A stretch of DNA of 64,000 bases from an uncultured Candidatus Saccharibacteria bacterium. Lineage in GTDB: Bacteria; Patescibacteriota; Doudnabacteria; UBA920. The stretch spans positions 10,955 to 74,954 of the forward strand of contig CAZQZS010000004.1 of the NCBI GenBank assembly GCA_964597895.1. Reading direction: 5' to 3'. The notes under the pieces were generated by a model. The model had not been told where the DNA came from, ran no database searches, and was given only the letters and a program-made list of their open reading frames with translations. Below, one piece after another: positions 1-10,127 of the stretch (within the stretch, counting starts at the first letter, position 1; the number at the start of each line of letters is the position of its first letter). Both the position numbers and the translations under genes were made by a program.

Positions 1-1470
1 TTACCAATTTTATTCACCACCACATCTTTTTCCATCGACTGAAGAGTCTTGTCATCACCTAAGGTTTGAGTAAGACGACCCCGAACCATTTCCCGCAACT
101 CTGAATCATCAAACGCTAGTCCCCTAATCACGACAGTAGCGCTGGCGTTAAAAGTGGTAGTTTCTGTACCTTCGGGTTTGTCAGTAACAAAATTTTGCAG
201 ATCAACTGCATACGCGCCTTCTACTAATTTGCGATTATCATCTAAGCCACGGTTGATTTCATCTACAGCACTCTTGATCAAAGATGTTTGTGCGCCAGTT
301 ACATCTTCGGTAGAGATTACGGAGATGAAGCGAGATGAACCTCCAACAACCTGAGTAACTGTTTTAGCATACAAGCGTTGCGGCTGACTGCCGAAGGCTT
401 GGTTGTTAATTTCCATTCTAGTTCCGGCCGGAAGGTTAAAATCTTCTCCGCCTTCGCCGGCAATAATATCTGCCACGGTAGCGTTTTGGTCGCTGTTGGC
501 GCTTTCCAGCGCTGCGATATTGTTTTGGTCAGCCGTAAAGTAATACGAGCGGCTGCCAACGGTAAGCACTGTTGTCGTGGCGCGCAAATTGAGCGGACTG
601 CCGGTAAGATTATACAAAGCCACTCGGCCTTGGGCCTTGGCGCCAACCTCTTTTTTGCCATTTACATCAAAGGACATAGACACCTCTTTACTATCACTGA
701 CTGCAGTGGCTGGGAGAGTTAACCTGCTTGCATCCACGCCAGAGGCATTGCTATTAATGCTCACCTCAACATCGCGGGAAACATTTTGTGCTTTAGCGTA
801 AACAGTAACGCTGGCAGAAGGCAAAACTACCAACACCAAAACCAAAACGGCAATCATGCTGACAGTAACGAAGCCCACTGCCCACTTCCAATAGGCGCGG
901 CGTCGTGGCATTTCTTTCGCGCCACTATTAGGCGGCATATACACGTTCTCGGAAAGCTGTTTGGACTTTCCAGAATCTTCTAACAGCCAGTCAGCTGGCA
1001 AATTATCTGCTGCGACCTGCTTTTTTGATTTGTAAACTTTGGAAGAATTAATTTTTGGAGCAGCCACAGTTGCTGCAGCCGCAGGAATGCTTTTGCGGAC
1101 AAGTTTCTTAGCCGCAGGCTTAGGTTCAACTGGTTCAAGATTATCGTCTATTTCTTGGGGCTTAAAGATTTTGGTAGCGCCGCCGGTGCGAATATCCGAA
1201 AACGACTTACTGGCCGATACTTTTGGCAACCGCTTTAGCGGAAACCCGGCTTCGCGGGCATACATCTTGCCAGTGATATCCATGGTCAAAACCGACACCT
1301 TAGTGCCGATCATATCAACCTGTTTTTTTAACAAGCGCAGATTAATGCTGTCGCCTAACAGATAGCTGTCTTTTGGGATAACTAGTACGACTTCTTCGCC
1401 TTTTTGGGCCTTGATTTTTGCTACGGTTTTAGCAACGTCGTCTTCCAGATTTAAATAGATAGTTTTCATG
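1..1470 (-). CDS. hypothetical protein (3' part runs off window start)
   Basis: Uninterrupted minus-strand frame from ATG at 1468-1470 (MKTIYLNLEDDVAKTVAKIKAQKGEEVVLVIPKD...) to the window edge. One hydrophobic TM-like segment. No recognisable domain. Absent from the ORF table only because it has no in-window stop. Confidence 0.5.
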
Positions 1471-1525
1471 CAAAAATAGCCTTCGTTTTCTTATCATACG
1501 AAAAATCGGAGCTGCTGGCAAACCC

Positions 1526-1549
1526 CAAAAAAAGCAGCGCACTGCTGCT
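1526..1549 (-). terminator. rho-independent terminator after pgi
   Basis: Hairpin AGCAGC-agtgc-GCTGCT on the minus strand followed by a T7 run, 15 nt after the pgi stop. Confidence 0.6.
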
Positions 1550-1563
1550 TATATTAATGGGGG

Positions 1564-2727
1564 TCAGAGTTCACCTTTATACTGCTCCCGCTTGGCGAAA
1601 CTGATCTTCTTACTAGACTCCACTTGAGGCTGATCATAAGGATTCACAGCGCGAAGTAAAGAGCTGTAAATCGCATACATTTGCCAGAAAGCAATGAGTT
1701 GGCCTAAATGGTGTTCGGAAATTTCTTCTAAAATTAACTCTGCCAAGGGAATATTTTGCAGCTGTGCATCAGCAATAGTTGCTTCTCGTTCGTACTGTAG
1801 TGCTTCCTGGAGCGGAATTTGATCCAATATCTCAAGCGTCTGATCTTTGAGCGGAACAGTTTGTAAATTTTCCGGAACGTGCGTTTGCAAGGCTGTCTGA
1901 GAACTTGCACTGCTTACAAAAAATCCGGCAATGTTTTTTCGTCCGCCAAAGAATCTTTGGTTAGTGTGGTGCTGGCTTTCTGGAGCTTCGTGAGCAAAAT
2001 AAGTTTGACCCTTGCCCTCTTTTCCAAAACTCTCATGACAAAGTTGGACAATTAAATTTGAAAATGGAAATAGGCGGCTGGAATAAAATGGCATGAACAC
2101 ATCGGCAATCCCAACGCCTTCCAATTGATTAAAGATGCTAGCTGCTTGGAAAGCTGGATTGGTCTCATTGAATTTATCCAGCCATTCACGGCCGCCACGG
2201 ACAATCTTCTCTACATCAAAACCGCACAAAGCTGCTGGTACCAAGGTTGCTTCAGTAAAACCAGAATACCGACCACCAATTGGTGGATGTACGACAGTCT
2301 CGGCATTAAGCTTATGAGCAATTTCTGCTAAAGGACCGGCTGCGCCAGTAACAATTAGTAAAGGATAATCAATAAACTGCAATAAAGCCTCAAGCTGAGT
2401 TACTGTCTCGCCGGACTTGCTGATAGCCACCACAATTGTATCCTGAAGATTAGTTTCCTTTTTAACTTCGGATAAATCATCAGGGTCATTGGTGCTGACC
2501 AAAAACACCTGCTTGCTAGATCTTGCTTTAAGAGCACCATAGAGCCCAGCGAAAGTCGTGATACTCCCACCATGGCCAATTACTATCATTTTCTTGTAAC
2601 TAGAATATTTGCGCTGCAGTTTTTCCAGCAGCACAAAATCAGGTTTGTAATCCAAAAAGTTGGGACGATCATGACTGATGTCCTTAAACTCTTCTGGCTC
2701 TGGCGTATTGTAAAATTTAATTTGCAT
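1564..2727 (-). CDS. pgi: glucose-6-phosphate isomerase
   Basis: 387-aa ORF with the PGI signatures ISKSGETVTQ and GGRYSGF. Confidence 0.85.
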   Translation of the reverse strand: MQIKFYNTPEPEEFKDISHDRPNFLDYKPDFVLLEKLQRKYSSYKKMIVIGHGGSITTFAGLYGALKARSSKQVFLVSTNDPDDLSEVKKETNLQDTIVVAISKSGETVTQLEALLQFIDYPLLIVTGAAGPLAEIAHKLNAETVVHPPIGGRYSGFTEATLVPAALCGFDVEKIVRGGREWLDKFNETNPAFQAASIFNQLEGVGIADVFMPFYSSRLFPFSNLIVQLCHESFGKEGKGQTYFAHEAPESQHHTNQRFFGGRKNIAGFFVSSASSQTALQTHVPENLQTVPLKDQTLEILDQIPLQEALQYEREATIADAQLQNIPLAELILEEISEHHLGQLIAFWQMYAIYSSLLRAVNPYDQPQVESSKKISFAKREQYKGEL

Positions 2728-2747
2728 TTTTGTTTTACTGGAAATTT

Positions 2748-4529
2748 TTATTCAATGGTCGCCTTAATACGGCGTACGCCGGCAGACACAGCTTCTTCTT
2801 TGACTATTTTGAATTTACCAACTAGCCCAGTATGTTCAACGTGCGGACCGCCGCAAAATTCACGCGAAATGACATTGCCATCTTTGTCTGTCGCGGTATA
2901 GATAGATACAGTATCGGCGTACTTTTCTCCGAATAACCCGATCGCGCCAAGTTCGCGTGCTTGTTCTAAGGGCATCATCTCCTGTTTCATTTCGGCATCA
3001 CGCTCTACCCAGTCATTAACTTTATCTTCCACTGCTTTAATTTGCTCAGGGGTCATTTTTTGAGGGTAAGTAAAATCAAAGCGCGTGCGTTCGGCAGTAA
3101 TATTGCTGCCCTTTTGCCAAACTTCTTCTCCAAGCACATCGCGCAATGCCTTGTGCATCAGGTGAGTGGCGGTATGAAGCCGGACAACTTTTTCGCTATG
3201 GTCAGCTAAGCCACCTTTAAACGTGCCGGCACTTGCCGTGCGGGATAAATCCTGGTGCTTCTTAAATTCTGCAGCAAACTCTTCGCGATTAACTTGCTGT
3301 CCGCTAGATTCTGCTAATTCCTCGGTAAGCTCCAATGGAAACCCATAAGTCTGATAAAGATTAAAAGCATCCGTGCCAGATAATTGCCCTTGCTTTTCAA
3401 ACAGCTTGGCAAATTCTTTTAAACCCTTTTCTAAAGTCTTGCCAAACTTGGATTGCTCATCCTCTATTACTTTAAAAATTGCTTGGCTATTGGCAATCAT
3501 TTCTGGATAAGCTTCGTTATACTCTTCCATGACTTTACCGATCAATGCTTTGAGCCATGAATCCTGCAGGTTGAGCAATTGCGCGTAAACCATGGCGCGG
3601 CGAAGCAAGCGTCGCAGAATATAACCACGTTCTTTATTAGAAGGCACCACGCCATCACCTGCGATAAATACAGCAGCGCGGACATGATCAACAATAATAC
3701 GGGCTTTGCGGACTTCATCCCCGCTTAGCACATCTTGCGACAAGCCAATCACCTCAAACATGCCGCGGAAGAGCTCTGTATCATAAACAGAAGTGTGGCC
3801 ATTCAAAACTGCAATCACCCGGTCAAGACCCATGCCAGTGTCCACATTTTGCTTTTCCAAAGGAACCAACGTACCATCGGCTTTCTTTTCAAACTGCATA
3901 AATACGTCGTTCCAGATTTCAACCCAGCGCTTGTCGTCTTTGGTTTCCTGAAAGTTCTCTGGTGCCGGAGTGCCGTCATCAATCCAGTAAAACATCTCTG
4001 TATCTGGGCCACACGGACCAGTTTCACCAGCAATCCACCAGTTGTCTTCTTTTGGAAGCTTGGCAATGCGCGCTTCTGGAACGCCTAAGCGTTTCCAATG
4101 TTCATAGCTTTCTTCGTCAAATGGCGCGTCGGCATCGCCAGCAAATACCGAAAACGCCAAGCGCTCCTTGGGAATTGCCAACCATTCTTCGCCGGTCAAA
4201 AATTCGTAACTCCACTCTATCGCCTCTTTTTTAAAGTAATCGCCAAAACTCCAGTTGCCCATCATTTCAAAAAAGGTTAGGTGGGTGTTATCGCCAACTT
4301 CATCTATATCAATTGTACGAATGCACTTTTGAATGTTGGCAACGCGCGTACCGCCGGGATGTTCTTGTCCCATCAGATACGGCACTAACGGAAACATTCC
4401 TGCCATAGTAAACAAAACCGAAGGGTCGTTCTCCGGGACTAGCGAGGCAGATGGGATAATTGCGTGGTCTTTAGTCTTAAAAAATTCGAGCCATTTCGTG
4501 CGCAGCTCTTGTGCAGTTAGCTTTTTCAT
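2748..4529 (-). CDS. alaS: alanyl-tRNA synthetase, short form lacking C-terminal C-Ala domain
   Basis: N-terminal class II AlaRS catalytic motifs (KWLEFF, FTMAGM, QKCIR, FFEMMGNWSFGDYFK). Editing-domain H-x-x-x-H (HTATHLMHKALRD) and CGGPHV near the C-terminus. Only 593 aa. Confidence 0.85.
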   Translation of the reverse strand: MKKLTAQELRTKWLEFFKTKDHAIIPSASLVPENDPSVLFTMAGMFPLVPYLMGQEHPGGTRVANIQKCIRTIDIDEVGDNTHLTFFEMMGNWSFGDYFKKEAIEWSYEFLTGEEWLAIPKERLAFSVFAGDADAPFDEESYEHWKRLGVPEARIAKLPKEDNWWIAGETGPCGPDTEMFYWIDDGTPAPENFQETKDDKRWVEIWNDVFMQFEKKADGTLVPLEKQNVDTGMGLDRVIAVLNGHTSVYDTELFRGMFEVIGLSQDVLSGDEVRKARIIVDHVRAAVFIAGDGVVPSNKERGYILRRLLRRAMVYAQLLNLQDSWLKALIGKVMEEYNEAYPEMIANSQAIFKVIEDEQSKFGKTLEKGLKEFAKLFEKQGQLSGTDAFNLYQTYGFPLELTEELAESSGQQVNREEFAAEFKKHQDLSRTASAGTFKGGLADHSEKVVRLHTATHLMHKALRDVLGEEVWQKGSNITAERTRFDFTYPQKMTPEQIKAVEDKVNDWVERDAEMKQEMMPLEQARELGAIGLFGEKYADTVSIYTATDKDGNVISREFCGGPHVEHTGLVGKFKIVKEEAVSAGVRRIKATIE

Positions 4530-4574
4530 AGTAATATTCTACCGAAATTCAAGCACTTTGAAAAGGAGGGCGTT

Positions 4575-4742
4575 ATGCCTTGGTATTACGAACACAGCGC
4601 TGCTTTAGCCATTTTGGCTATCGCTATAATTGTGAGCTCAACATGGCTGTTATGCTGGGCCTTGACCGAGTTTTTGTTGTGGTGCCTGCAAGTCTTTACA
4701 GACACTCTGCGATCCAAATTTAAAAAACGGCTCAGTTTATGA
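4575..4742 (+). CDS. small membrane protein (55 aa), unannotated in ORF table
   Basis: Strong SD AAAAGGAGGG 5 nt upstream of ATG. Hydrophobic helix-forming peptide MPWYYEHSAALAILAIAIIVSSTWLLCWALTEFLLWCLQVF. Followed by a perfect terminator hairpin. Confidence 0.45.
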   Translation: MPWYYEHSAALAILAIAIIVSSTWLLCWALTEFLLWCLQVFTDTLRSKFKKRLSL

Positions 4743-4754
4743 GCCGTTTTTTTA
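4722..4754. terminator. bidirectional rho-independent terminator
   Basis: Hairpin ACGGCTCA-gttta-TGAGCCGT flanked by an A5 run upstream and a T7 run downstream. Lies between the convergent small ORF and the S41 protease gene. Confidence 0.65.
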
Positions 4755-4794
4755 TTATTTCTGCAGGGAAGACCCAGGTTTTAGCCATGGATAT

Positions 4795-6105
4795 CTATTT
4801 TACTACCTCTGCTACTGCCCGATCTAATTGTGGGTCGCGCTGGTTATTGTAATCGTCTGTTGTTAATTCAACTTCAATGTCAGGATCCAAGCCGCCTTGG
4901 TTAAGATTCTTGCCTGATGGAGTAATCCATTTGGCGATGGTCACCTTGACAGCGGTATCGCCGCTCAGCGAGATGAGTTCCTGAACACTTCCTTTACCGA
5001 AACTCTTTTTGCCGACGATCAACGCTTTATTATGATCTCTTAAAGCGCCGGCTAAAATTTCTGAGGCAGAGGCGCTGCCGCCATTAATCAATACCACGGT
5101 CTTAAAGTTACCCAAACGATTTGTGCCTGTGGAAGTGAAGTTGATGACATCTTGATCACTGCGAGCTTCTTGTACAACTAACGTACCAGCAGGAAGCCAT
5201 TCTGACGCAACTTCAACAGAAGTTTCCAAATACCCGCCAGGATTGTTCCGCAAATCTACGACCAATCCGGCTACGTTCCGATTGCGGACCTCGGCAATTG
5301 CGATATCCAACAAACGCTTGGTATCATCTCCAAACCGAGAAATCTTCATTACTGCCACAGTACGTCCGTCCCGTTCCTGATAAGTAACCTTGACGCTGCG
5401 AATTTCGATAGTTTCCCTAGTAATTTCAACCTCAAATGGGCCATCTTGGCCATCACGGTATAGAGTGAGCCGAACTTGGGTGCCGGCTGCTCCCCTAATC
5501 TTGCTAACGGCTTCATCAACATTCCAATCAACAATTGTCTCATCGTCAACTTTAAGAATAACATCACCTGGCTGAAGACCGGCGCGTGCAGCAGGACTAT
5601 CGTCTAATGGAGCTACCACCACGATATTCCCATCGCGCTTACCAACCTCCATACCGACGCCGCTAAAGGTGCCCTGCAAATCTGATTTAAACTGAGCCAA
5701 AGTTTCTGGGTCAAAGAATTCGGTATACTCATCGCCGGCAGCACGAACCGCTCCAGAAATGGCGCCGTACAACACTTGCTGCTGATCAATCTGGTCGCGG
5801 TCAATATACTTGCGGCCGACCACATCAATCGCTTCCCACAGCAAACTGTAATCCACGCTCACAGTTTCACCAGTACGATTTACAATTTTAAACTCCTTGC
5901 TGTCAAAAACATATCCGCTTTGACCAGCACTGTAACCCAGCCTAAACACTCCAAACAACAGCAAAATGACCACCAAATACATAATCGCGGAATTGCGATA
6001 TGGGTGTCTTGGCTGTGTATGGCTGGATTGCGGAACTGAATTTTCTACAAGGATAGGCGTAATCGGCTCTGGTGCCGTTACAGGAGTCTGGTTATTTTCT
6101 TCCAT
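4795..6105 (-). CDS. carboxyl-terminal processing protease (S41 family)
   Basis: N-terminal TM, a PDZ-like segment (GLQPGDVILKVDDE), and S41 catalytic region motifs (NPGGYLE, GGSASASEILAGALRD). Confidence 0.85.
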   Translation of the reverse strand: MEENNQTPVTAPEPITPILVENSVPQSSHTQPRHPYRNSAIMYLVVILLLFGVFRLGYSAGQSGYVFDSKEFKIVNRTGETVSVDYSLLWEAIDVVGRKYIDRDQIDQQQVLYGAISGAVRAAGDEYTEFFDPETLAQFKSDLQGTFSGVGMEVGKRDGNIVVVAPLDDSPAARAGLQPGDVILKVDDETIVDWNVDEAVSKIRGAAGTQVRLTLYRDGQDGPFEVEITRETIEIRSVKVTYQERDGRTVAVMKISRFGDDTKRLLDIAIAEVRNRNVAGLVVDLRNNPGGYLETSVEVASEWLPAGTLVVQEARSDQDVINFTSTGTNRLGNFKTVVLINGGSASASEILAGALRDHNKALIVGKKSFGKGSVQELISLSGDTAVKVTIAKWITPSGKNLNQGGLDPDIEVELTTDDYNNQRDPQLDRAVAEVVK

Positions 6106-6106
6106 A

Positions 6107-7738
6107 TTAAAACAATGTTTGTGGTTTATTTCTTAAAGCAATATTAAGCAGTGCTAGCAATGACATCAAATACAGCAATACCCGTTCATTAAAAATAGTA
6201 ACATCAAACAGGCCGTAAGCCAACAACCAGAGCAAAGCAATTCCTACTGCCATGAAGAACATGTTGAGCATCGTAAACATAAACTGCGATTCAGATAAGG
6301 CCAGCCAAAGTTGTTTCGCGACTGTCCACCAAAACAATACGAAGATAATTAGCCCAGCCAAGCCTAGTTCAACTAAAATATGCAAATACAAACTGTGGGC
6401 TGTAATAAATTTTTGGGGTAAATTGTAACGAAGATTTTTATCTGCTGATACCTCTTCAAAAGTTGAACCCTCAGGAGCATCTACCAAAGTGGTAATAAAG
6501 TTGCCGTAACCAGTTCCGAGCGGGTGGCGCAAACTATAGTTGAAGCTGTCTTTCCAAATTTCTAAACGACCAACATTAGAATCCTCTCGCAAATCATAAA
6601 CACTAACTGCGCGTTTTAAGATGTTATCTTCTAGAGAAACTGAACGCAGCCAATTGAAACCAGTGGTAATCCAAGGAGAAAACAAAAACAATAAAATTAT
6701 TATAGTGAAAGATAGCCAAGGCAATGCACCTAGTAAACGCGCTTTGAGTTTGTAAATCATAACCACGACTGCAAGGATAGGAATCATCATCGCCACCCAA
6801 ACACCGCGCGTACCACTAGCAATTATTGCGAAACAGAGCATTGTTAACACCAGCCAGTACCAGCGCGACTGGTCGCGGAAAATATGCCGCACTCTGGTAT
6901 TCGTCACAACCACCTTTGCCTTCGCCCACCACATGGCCAACGCAAAAATCGCTATCACTGCAAAAGCATGAGTGTCCTGCAAAATTCCAAACATTCGCAG
7001 TGAGCTGTTGCCGCCCTCGGCGCTAAACCAAGAGTTTGAATACGCCAAAACCTGTCCTAGCGGCTGTCCGTAATACGCGGAGGATACCAAGGTCGCCCAG
7101 TACTGCCAAAAAATATAAGGTTGGGTGAAGAAAGTGGCAAAGAATTGCACAAAGCCAAGCAAAACCGTTAATAGCAGCGAGTACTTAAAATAACGGACGG
7201 TCTTGGCCCAGTCATCATTATCCGCAACTGCCAGCAATGCAGCCAAGTAAATACAATATACGTTAAGCAAATACAATATCTGTTTTAGACCGTGTGCAGC
7301 GAAGTCTGCAACCAGCAATGAAGCAGCTGCAATCCCGATTAAGGCAACCAGCCACAAATCCCATTTATTAAGCTTGTTCTGGTAAAAATCTAACGCCTGC
7401 TGCTTGATGTTTGCGAATATAGAAACATCTTTGCGCCAAACTGAAATTAAATATTTGACTGCCACGACCGAAATCAGCCACGCGCTTAGGGGACGCCACA
7501 TCGGCATATTAGGAACAATCCCTTCTGGAATTACGACCATAAACGGCAAGGATAGTAAGAATAAACCGAGGGCATCCGCTTTTGGTAACACTACAATTGC
7601 AGCTGCAATTATTGCTAGGTTAATCCAGACTACCAAGAACGGCCAAACACCGGTGGCTAATAAACCGATAGAAATCAATTGCCACAAAATTATTAAGGCA
7701 ATTGTTAAATAAATTTTGTTGTAAAGAATTTTTTGCAT
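6107..7738 (-). CDS. O-antigen ligase family membrane protein (Wzy_C-like)
   Basis: More than 10 predicted TM helices. Motif AHSLYLHILVELGLAGLIIFVLFWW matches the O-antigen ligase H-x-Y...E.G..G signature. Confidence 0.6.
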   Translation of the reverse strand: MQKILYNKIYLTIALIILWQLISIGLLATGVWPFLVVWINLAIIAAAIVVLPKADALGLFLLSLPFMVVIPEGIVPNMPMWRPLSAWLISVVAVKYLISVWRKDVSIFANIKQQALDFYQNKLNKWDLWLVALIGIAAASLLVADFAAHGLKQILYLLNVYCIYLAALLAVADNDDWAKTVRYFKYSLLLTVLLGFVQFFATFFTQPYIFWQYWATLVSSAYYGQPLGQVLAYSNSWFSAEGGNSSLRMFGILQDTHAFAVIAIFALAMWWAKAKVVVTNTRVRHIFRDQSRWYWLVLTMLCFAIIASGTRGVWVAMMIPILAVVVMIYKLKARLLGALPWLSFTIIILLFLFSPWITTGFNWLRSVSLEDNILKRAVSVYDLREDSNVGRLEIWKDSFNYSLRHPLGTGYGNFITTLVDAPEGSTFEEVSADKNLRYNLPQKFITAHSLYLHILVELGLAGLIIFVLFWWTVAKQLWLALSESQFMFTMLNMFFMAVGIALLWLLAYGLFDVTIFNERVLLYLMSLLALLNIALRNKPQTLF

Positions 7739-7753
7739 ATTATTTTTTAAATC

Positions 7754-7787
7754 GTCAGTCCTGGCGAGCGAAGCGAGGCCGGGAATC
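7754..7787 (+). repeat. R-family palindromic repeat copy R1 (GTCAGTCCTGG...CCGGGAATC)
   Basis: Direct comparison with the other R-family copies; GCGAAGC mini-hairpin core. Confidence 0.7.
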
Positions 7788-7802
7788 TATATCTAACTTT
7801 TT

Positions 7803-7850
7803 GAATACCCGGTTCTCAACCGCCATTAGGCGGACTCGATCAGGGATGAC
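7803..7850 (-). repeat. R-family palindromic repeat copy R2 (inverted orientation: ...CGGACTCGATCAGGGATGAC)
   Basis: Ends with CAGGGATGAC, the reverse complement of the GTCATCCCTG end. Internal CCGCC-atta-GGCGG hairpin. Confidence 0.7.
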
Positions 7851-7855
7851 AGAAG

Positions 7856-8947
7856 TTATTTTCCTGCTGTCGTTAGAACTTCCAAAGTTTGCCTTGCGCA
7901 TTTTTCCCAGCTGAAGTCTTGAAGGCGCTGCCTGCCCTTTTGAATAAGCTCTTGCTTGAATTCAGGTTGGCTAAGCACTTTATAAATGGCGTCTTTGATT
8001 TCTGATTTTTTGTGAGGATCAAAATAAATCGCGGCATCACCGCCAACTTCCGGCAAACTGGAAATATTAGAAACCGCCACAGGAGTACCGCATTCAAAGG
8101 CCTCCAAAATCCACATTCCAAAGCCTTCGTAGAAACTAGCATTCACAAACAGATCGGCGTTCGCATAAATTGGCCAGCGCTCATCATCATTCACCCGGCC
8201 GAGATATGTGACGATATCTTGATGCTTTTTAATAGCCTGCAAACTCTCTTCGTACTTCCAGCCTTTGCCGCCAACCACAACTAGCTTATGAGGTAATTCT
8301 GGATGTTCATTTTTCAAATCAGCGAAAGCCTCAATTAGTCCTACAAGATTCTTACGAGGCTGAATAGTAGAAAGAAACAAAACATATTTTTCTGGGAGCT
8401 TGGCTTTTAATTCGCGGGAAAGCTGCTTATTCACTCCATCTGTAACCTGATAGCCATGTGGCACTACTGCAATTTTTTCTGGTACAACTCCATAATGGTT
8501 CACTAAATCTTTTTTGGTAGCCTCGGAGATAGCAATAATTTTGGTGGCGCCAGTGCGCGCCAACCAAGAAAAAATCCTATGAAACCAACGCATGTAAAAC
8601 GTAAAAATTTCTGGATAGTAAATCCAGGCCACGTCGTGTTCGGTATAAACGCTGCGGGGATGAATGAGCGGCAAAGTTGAAGCTGGTACAAACAGCACAT
8701 CCGGACGATGCCACAGCATTTCCCAACTCAAACGGAGCTGGGTCCAAAAAATCGGAAAAGGAATAACTTTGATCTCAAAATTTTTAGGTAAAGACAAAAA
8801 CCAGGATTCTGGTTTGGTTCGGAGATATAAAATATAGCGGTTATCTGAATCAATTTTGGCAAGATGGAGAATCAGTTGCTTAGCATAATGCTCGACTCCG
8901 GTTTTTTCGCCATGATTGGCCCGTTCGGCCTCAATTCCTATCACCAT
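7856..8947 (-). CDS. glycosyltransferase family 4 (GT1/GT4 fold)
   Basis: C-terminal EGFGMWILEAFECGTPV-type E-x7-E motif region typical of GT4 enzymes; 363 aa. Confidence 0.8.
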   Translation of the reverse strand: MVIGIEAERANHGEKTGVEHYAKQLILHLAKIDSDNRYILYLRTKPESWFLSLPKNFEIKVIPFPIFWTQLRLSWEMLWHRPDVLFVPASTLPLIHPRSVYTEHDVAWIYYPEIFTFYMRWFHRIFSWLARTGATKIIAISEATKKDLVNHYGVVPEKIAVVPHGYQVTDGVNKQLSRELKAKLPEKYVLFLSTIQPRKNLVGLIEAFADLKNEHPELPHKLVVVGGKGWKYEESLQAIKKHQDIVTYLGRVNDDERWPIYANADLFVNASFYEGFGMWILEAFECGTPVAVSNISSLPEVGGDAAIYFDPHKKSEIKDAIYKVLSQPEFKQELIQKGRQRLQDFSWEKCARQTLEVLTTAGK

Positions 8948-9000
8948 TCCTATATTTTAGCATAGAAAAAAGGCGAAGATTTCTCTCCGCCTTAACAAGC

Positions 9001-9357
9001 TTACCTCGGCTCGCAGGTACAGTCTCCTGTACCATACTGCCGAAAGTGCTGTGGGCAATCGTCTCGCTTGTAAAAAACGATGCCGTTGTGGATGAATGCG
9101 ACTTCCATTTCATCCATAATTCGCTGGGCTTCAGCTTGCTCGCTTTCTGTGAGGTCATCACAGGCGACAATCTCCGTAAGAGGTTTTGCCCAACGGCCGA
9201 TCTTGGTGATGCCCTGCCCAGACCAAGGAAGTATGGTCAAGCTACCAATCTGTTTCGGTCGATTAATGTCCTTAAGGAGAGCTTCTATACTCGCCCAGCT
9301 GACTTTTTCAACTTCATACTCAGGTTCTTCCGCCATTTGCGGAGTAATATAACCCAT
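9001..9357 (-). CDS. hypothetical protein with C-terminal Cys cluster
   Basis: 118-aa ORF ending in CPQHFRQYGTGDCTCEPR. No recognisable family. Confidence 0.4.
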   Translation of the reverse strand: MGYITPQMAEEPEYEVEKVSWASIEALLKDINRPKQIGSLTILPWSGQGITKIGRWAKPLTEIVACDDLTESEQAEAQRIMDEMEVAFIHNGIVFYKRDDCPQHFRQYGTGDCTCEPR

Positions 9358-9424
9358 ATTTTATCTCCTTTATTTTTGAAATTTTGGTCTTTGTTTGCCA
9401 ATACTATATCATACTTTTGGTATT

Positions 9425-9455
9425 TTGTCAATAGTATCTAAAAGAGTGCTATAAT
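9425..9455 (+). promoter_or_regulatory. putative sigma70-like promoter upstream of 9479 gene
   Basis: TTGTCA, 19-nt spacer, TATAAT. The spacer is slightly long. Confidence 0.3.
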
Positions 9456-9478
9456 ATATTTACAATTAACCTAAACCT

Positions 9479-9991
9479 ATGAAAAAGAAACAAATTTGGA
9501 TAATTATCTTGGTGGTGATTGCTGGACTGTTGGTCTGGTGGCTGTTCTTTACCGGCAACGAAGCCACAGCTCCCACGGATGAGCAAGCTAACTCTGAAAT
9601 CACCGAACCATTGCCTGGTGACGATCCTAACCAGGAAATACCCGAAGGTAGTGCTACTAATCAGCTTCCAACCAACGGCGATGCTCTAGCAGTCCTTGCA
9701 CAGCAAGCTGGAGCGTATGTCACAGTGGACAACTACGTACTGAGCAAAGCAGGCTATATCGTAATCCATTCCGTAAACAGCGATGGCAGCGCAGGACCAA
9801 TTATTGGTCAATCAGGATTACTGAGTGCTGGACGCGGACAAGACTTAGAGATTAATGCCACCATTCAAGCTGGCCGCAGTTATGTTGCCATGCTGCACTA
9901 CGATAACGGCGATAAAAAATTTGACGCCAACCAAGACGCTGCCGCATTGGATGAAGGCAAGCCGATTATGATCACCTTTAAAGTTCAATAA
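9479..9991 (+). CDS. hypothetical secreted/membrane-anchored protein
   Basis: N-terminal signal anchor MKKKQIWIIILVVIAGLLVWWLFF. No recognisable domain. Followed by a strong terminator. Confidence 0.5.
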   Translation: MKKKQIWIIILVVIAGLLVWWLFFTGNEATAPTDEQANSEITEPLPGDDPNQEIPEGSATNQLPTNGDALAVLAQQAGAYVTVDNYVLSKAGYIVIHSVNSDGSAGPIIGQSGLLSAGRGQDLEINATIQAGRSYVAMLHYDNGDKKFDANQDAAALDEGKPIMITFKVQ

Positions 9992-9993
9992 CA

Positions 9994-10024
9994 AAAACGT
10001 CCTCGCGCGAGGACGTTTTAATTT
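9994..10024 (+). terminator. rho-independent terminator
   Basis: Perfect hairpin AACGTCCTCGC-gc-GAGGACGTT followed by TTAATTT. Confidence 0.75.
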
Positions 10025-10078
10025 AGTAAGGCTGTACCAAAACTTTGAAATTATGATTCAAAGTCCGCGCGTTTTTTT

Positions 10079-10123
10079 GTCATCCCTGGCGAGTCATGCG
10101 GAGCATGACGAGTCCGGGGATCC
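10079..10123 (+). repeat. R-family palindromic repeat copy R3
   Basis: GTCATCCCTGGCGAGTCATGCGGAGCATGACGAGTCCGGGGATCC. Its 10079-10120 stretch matches copy R4 (11851-11892). Confidence 0.8.
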
Positions 10124-10127
10124 ATTA

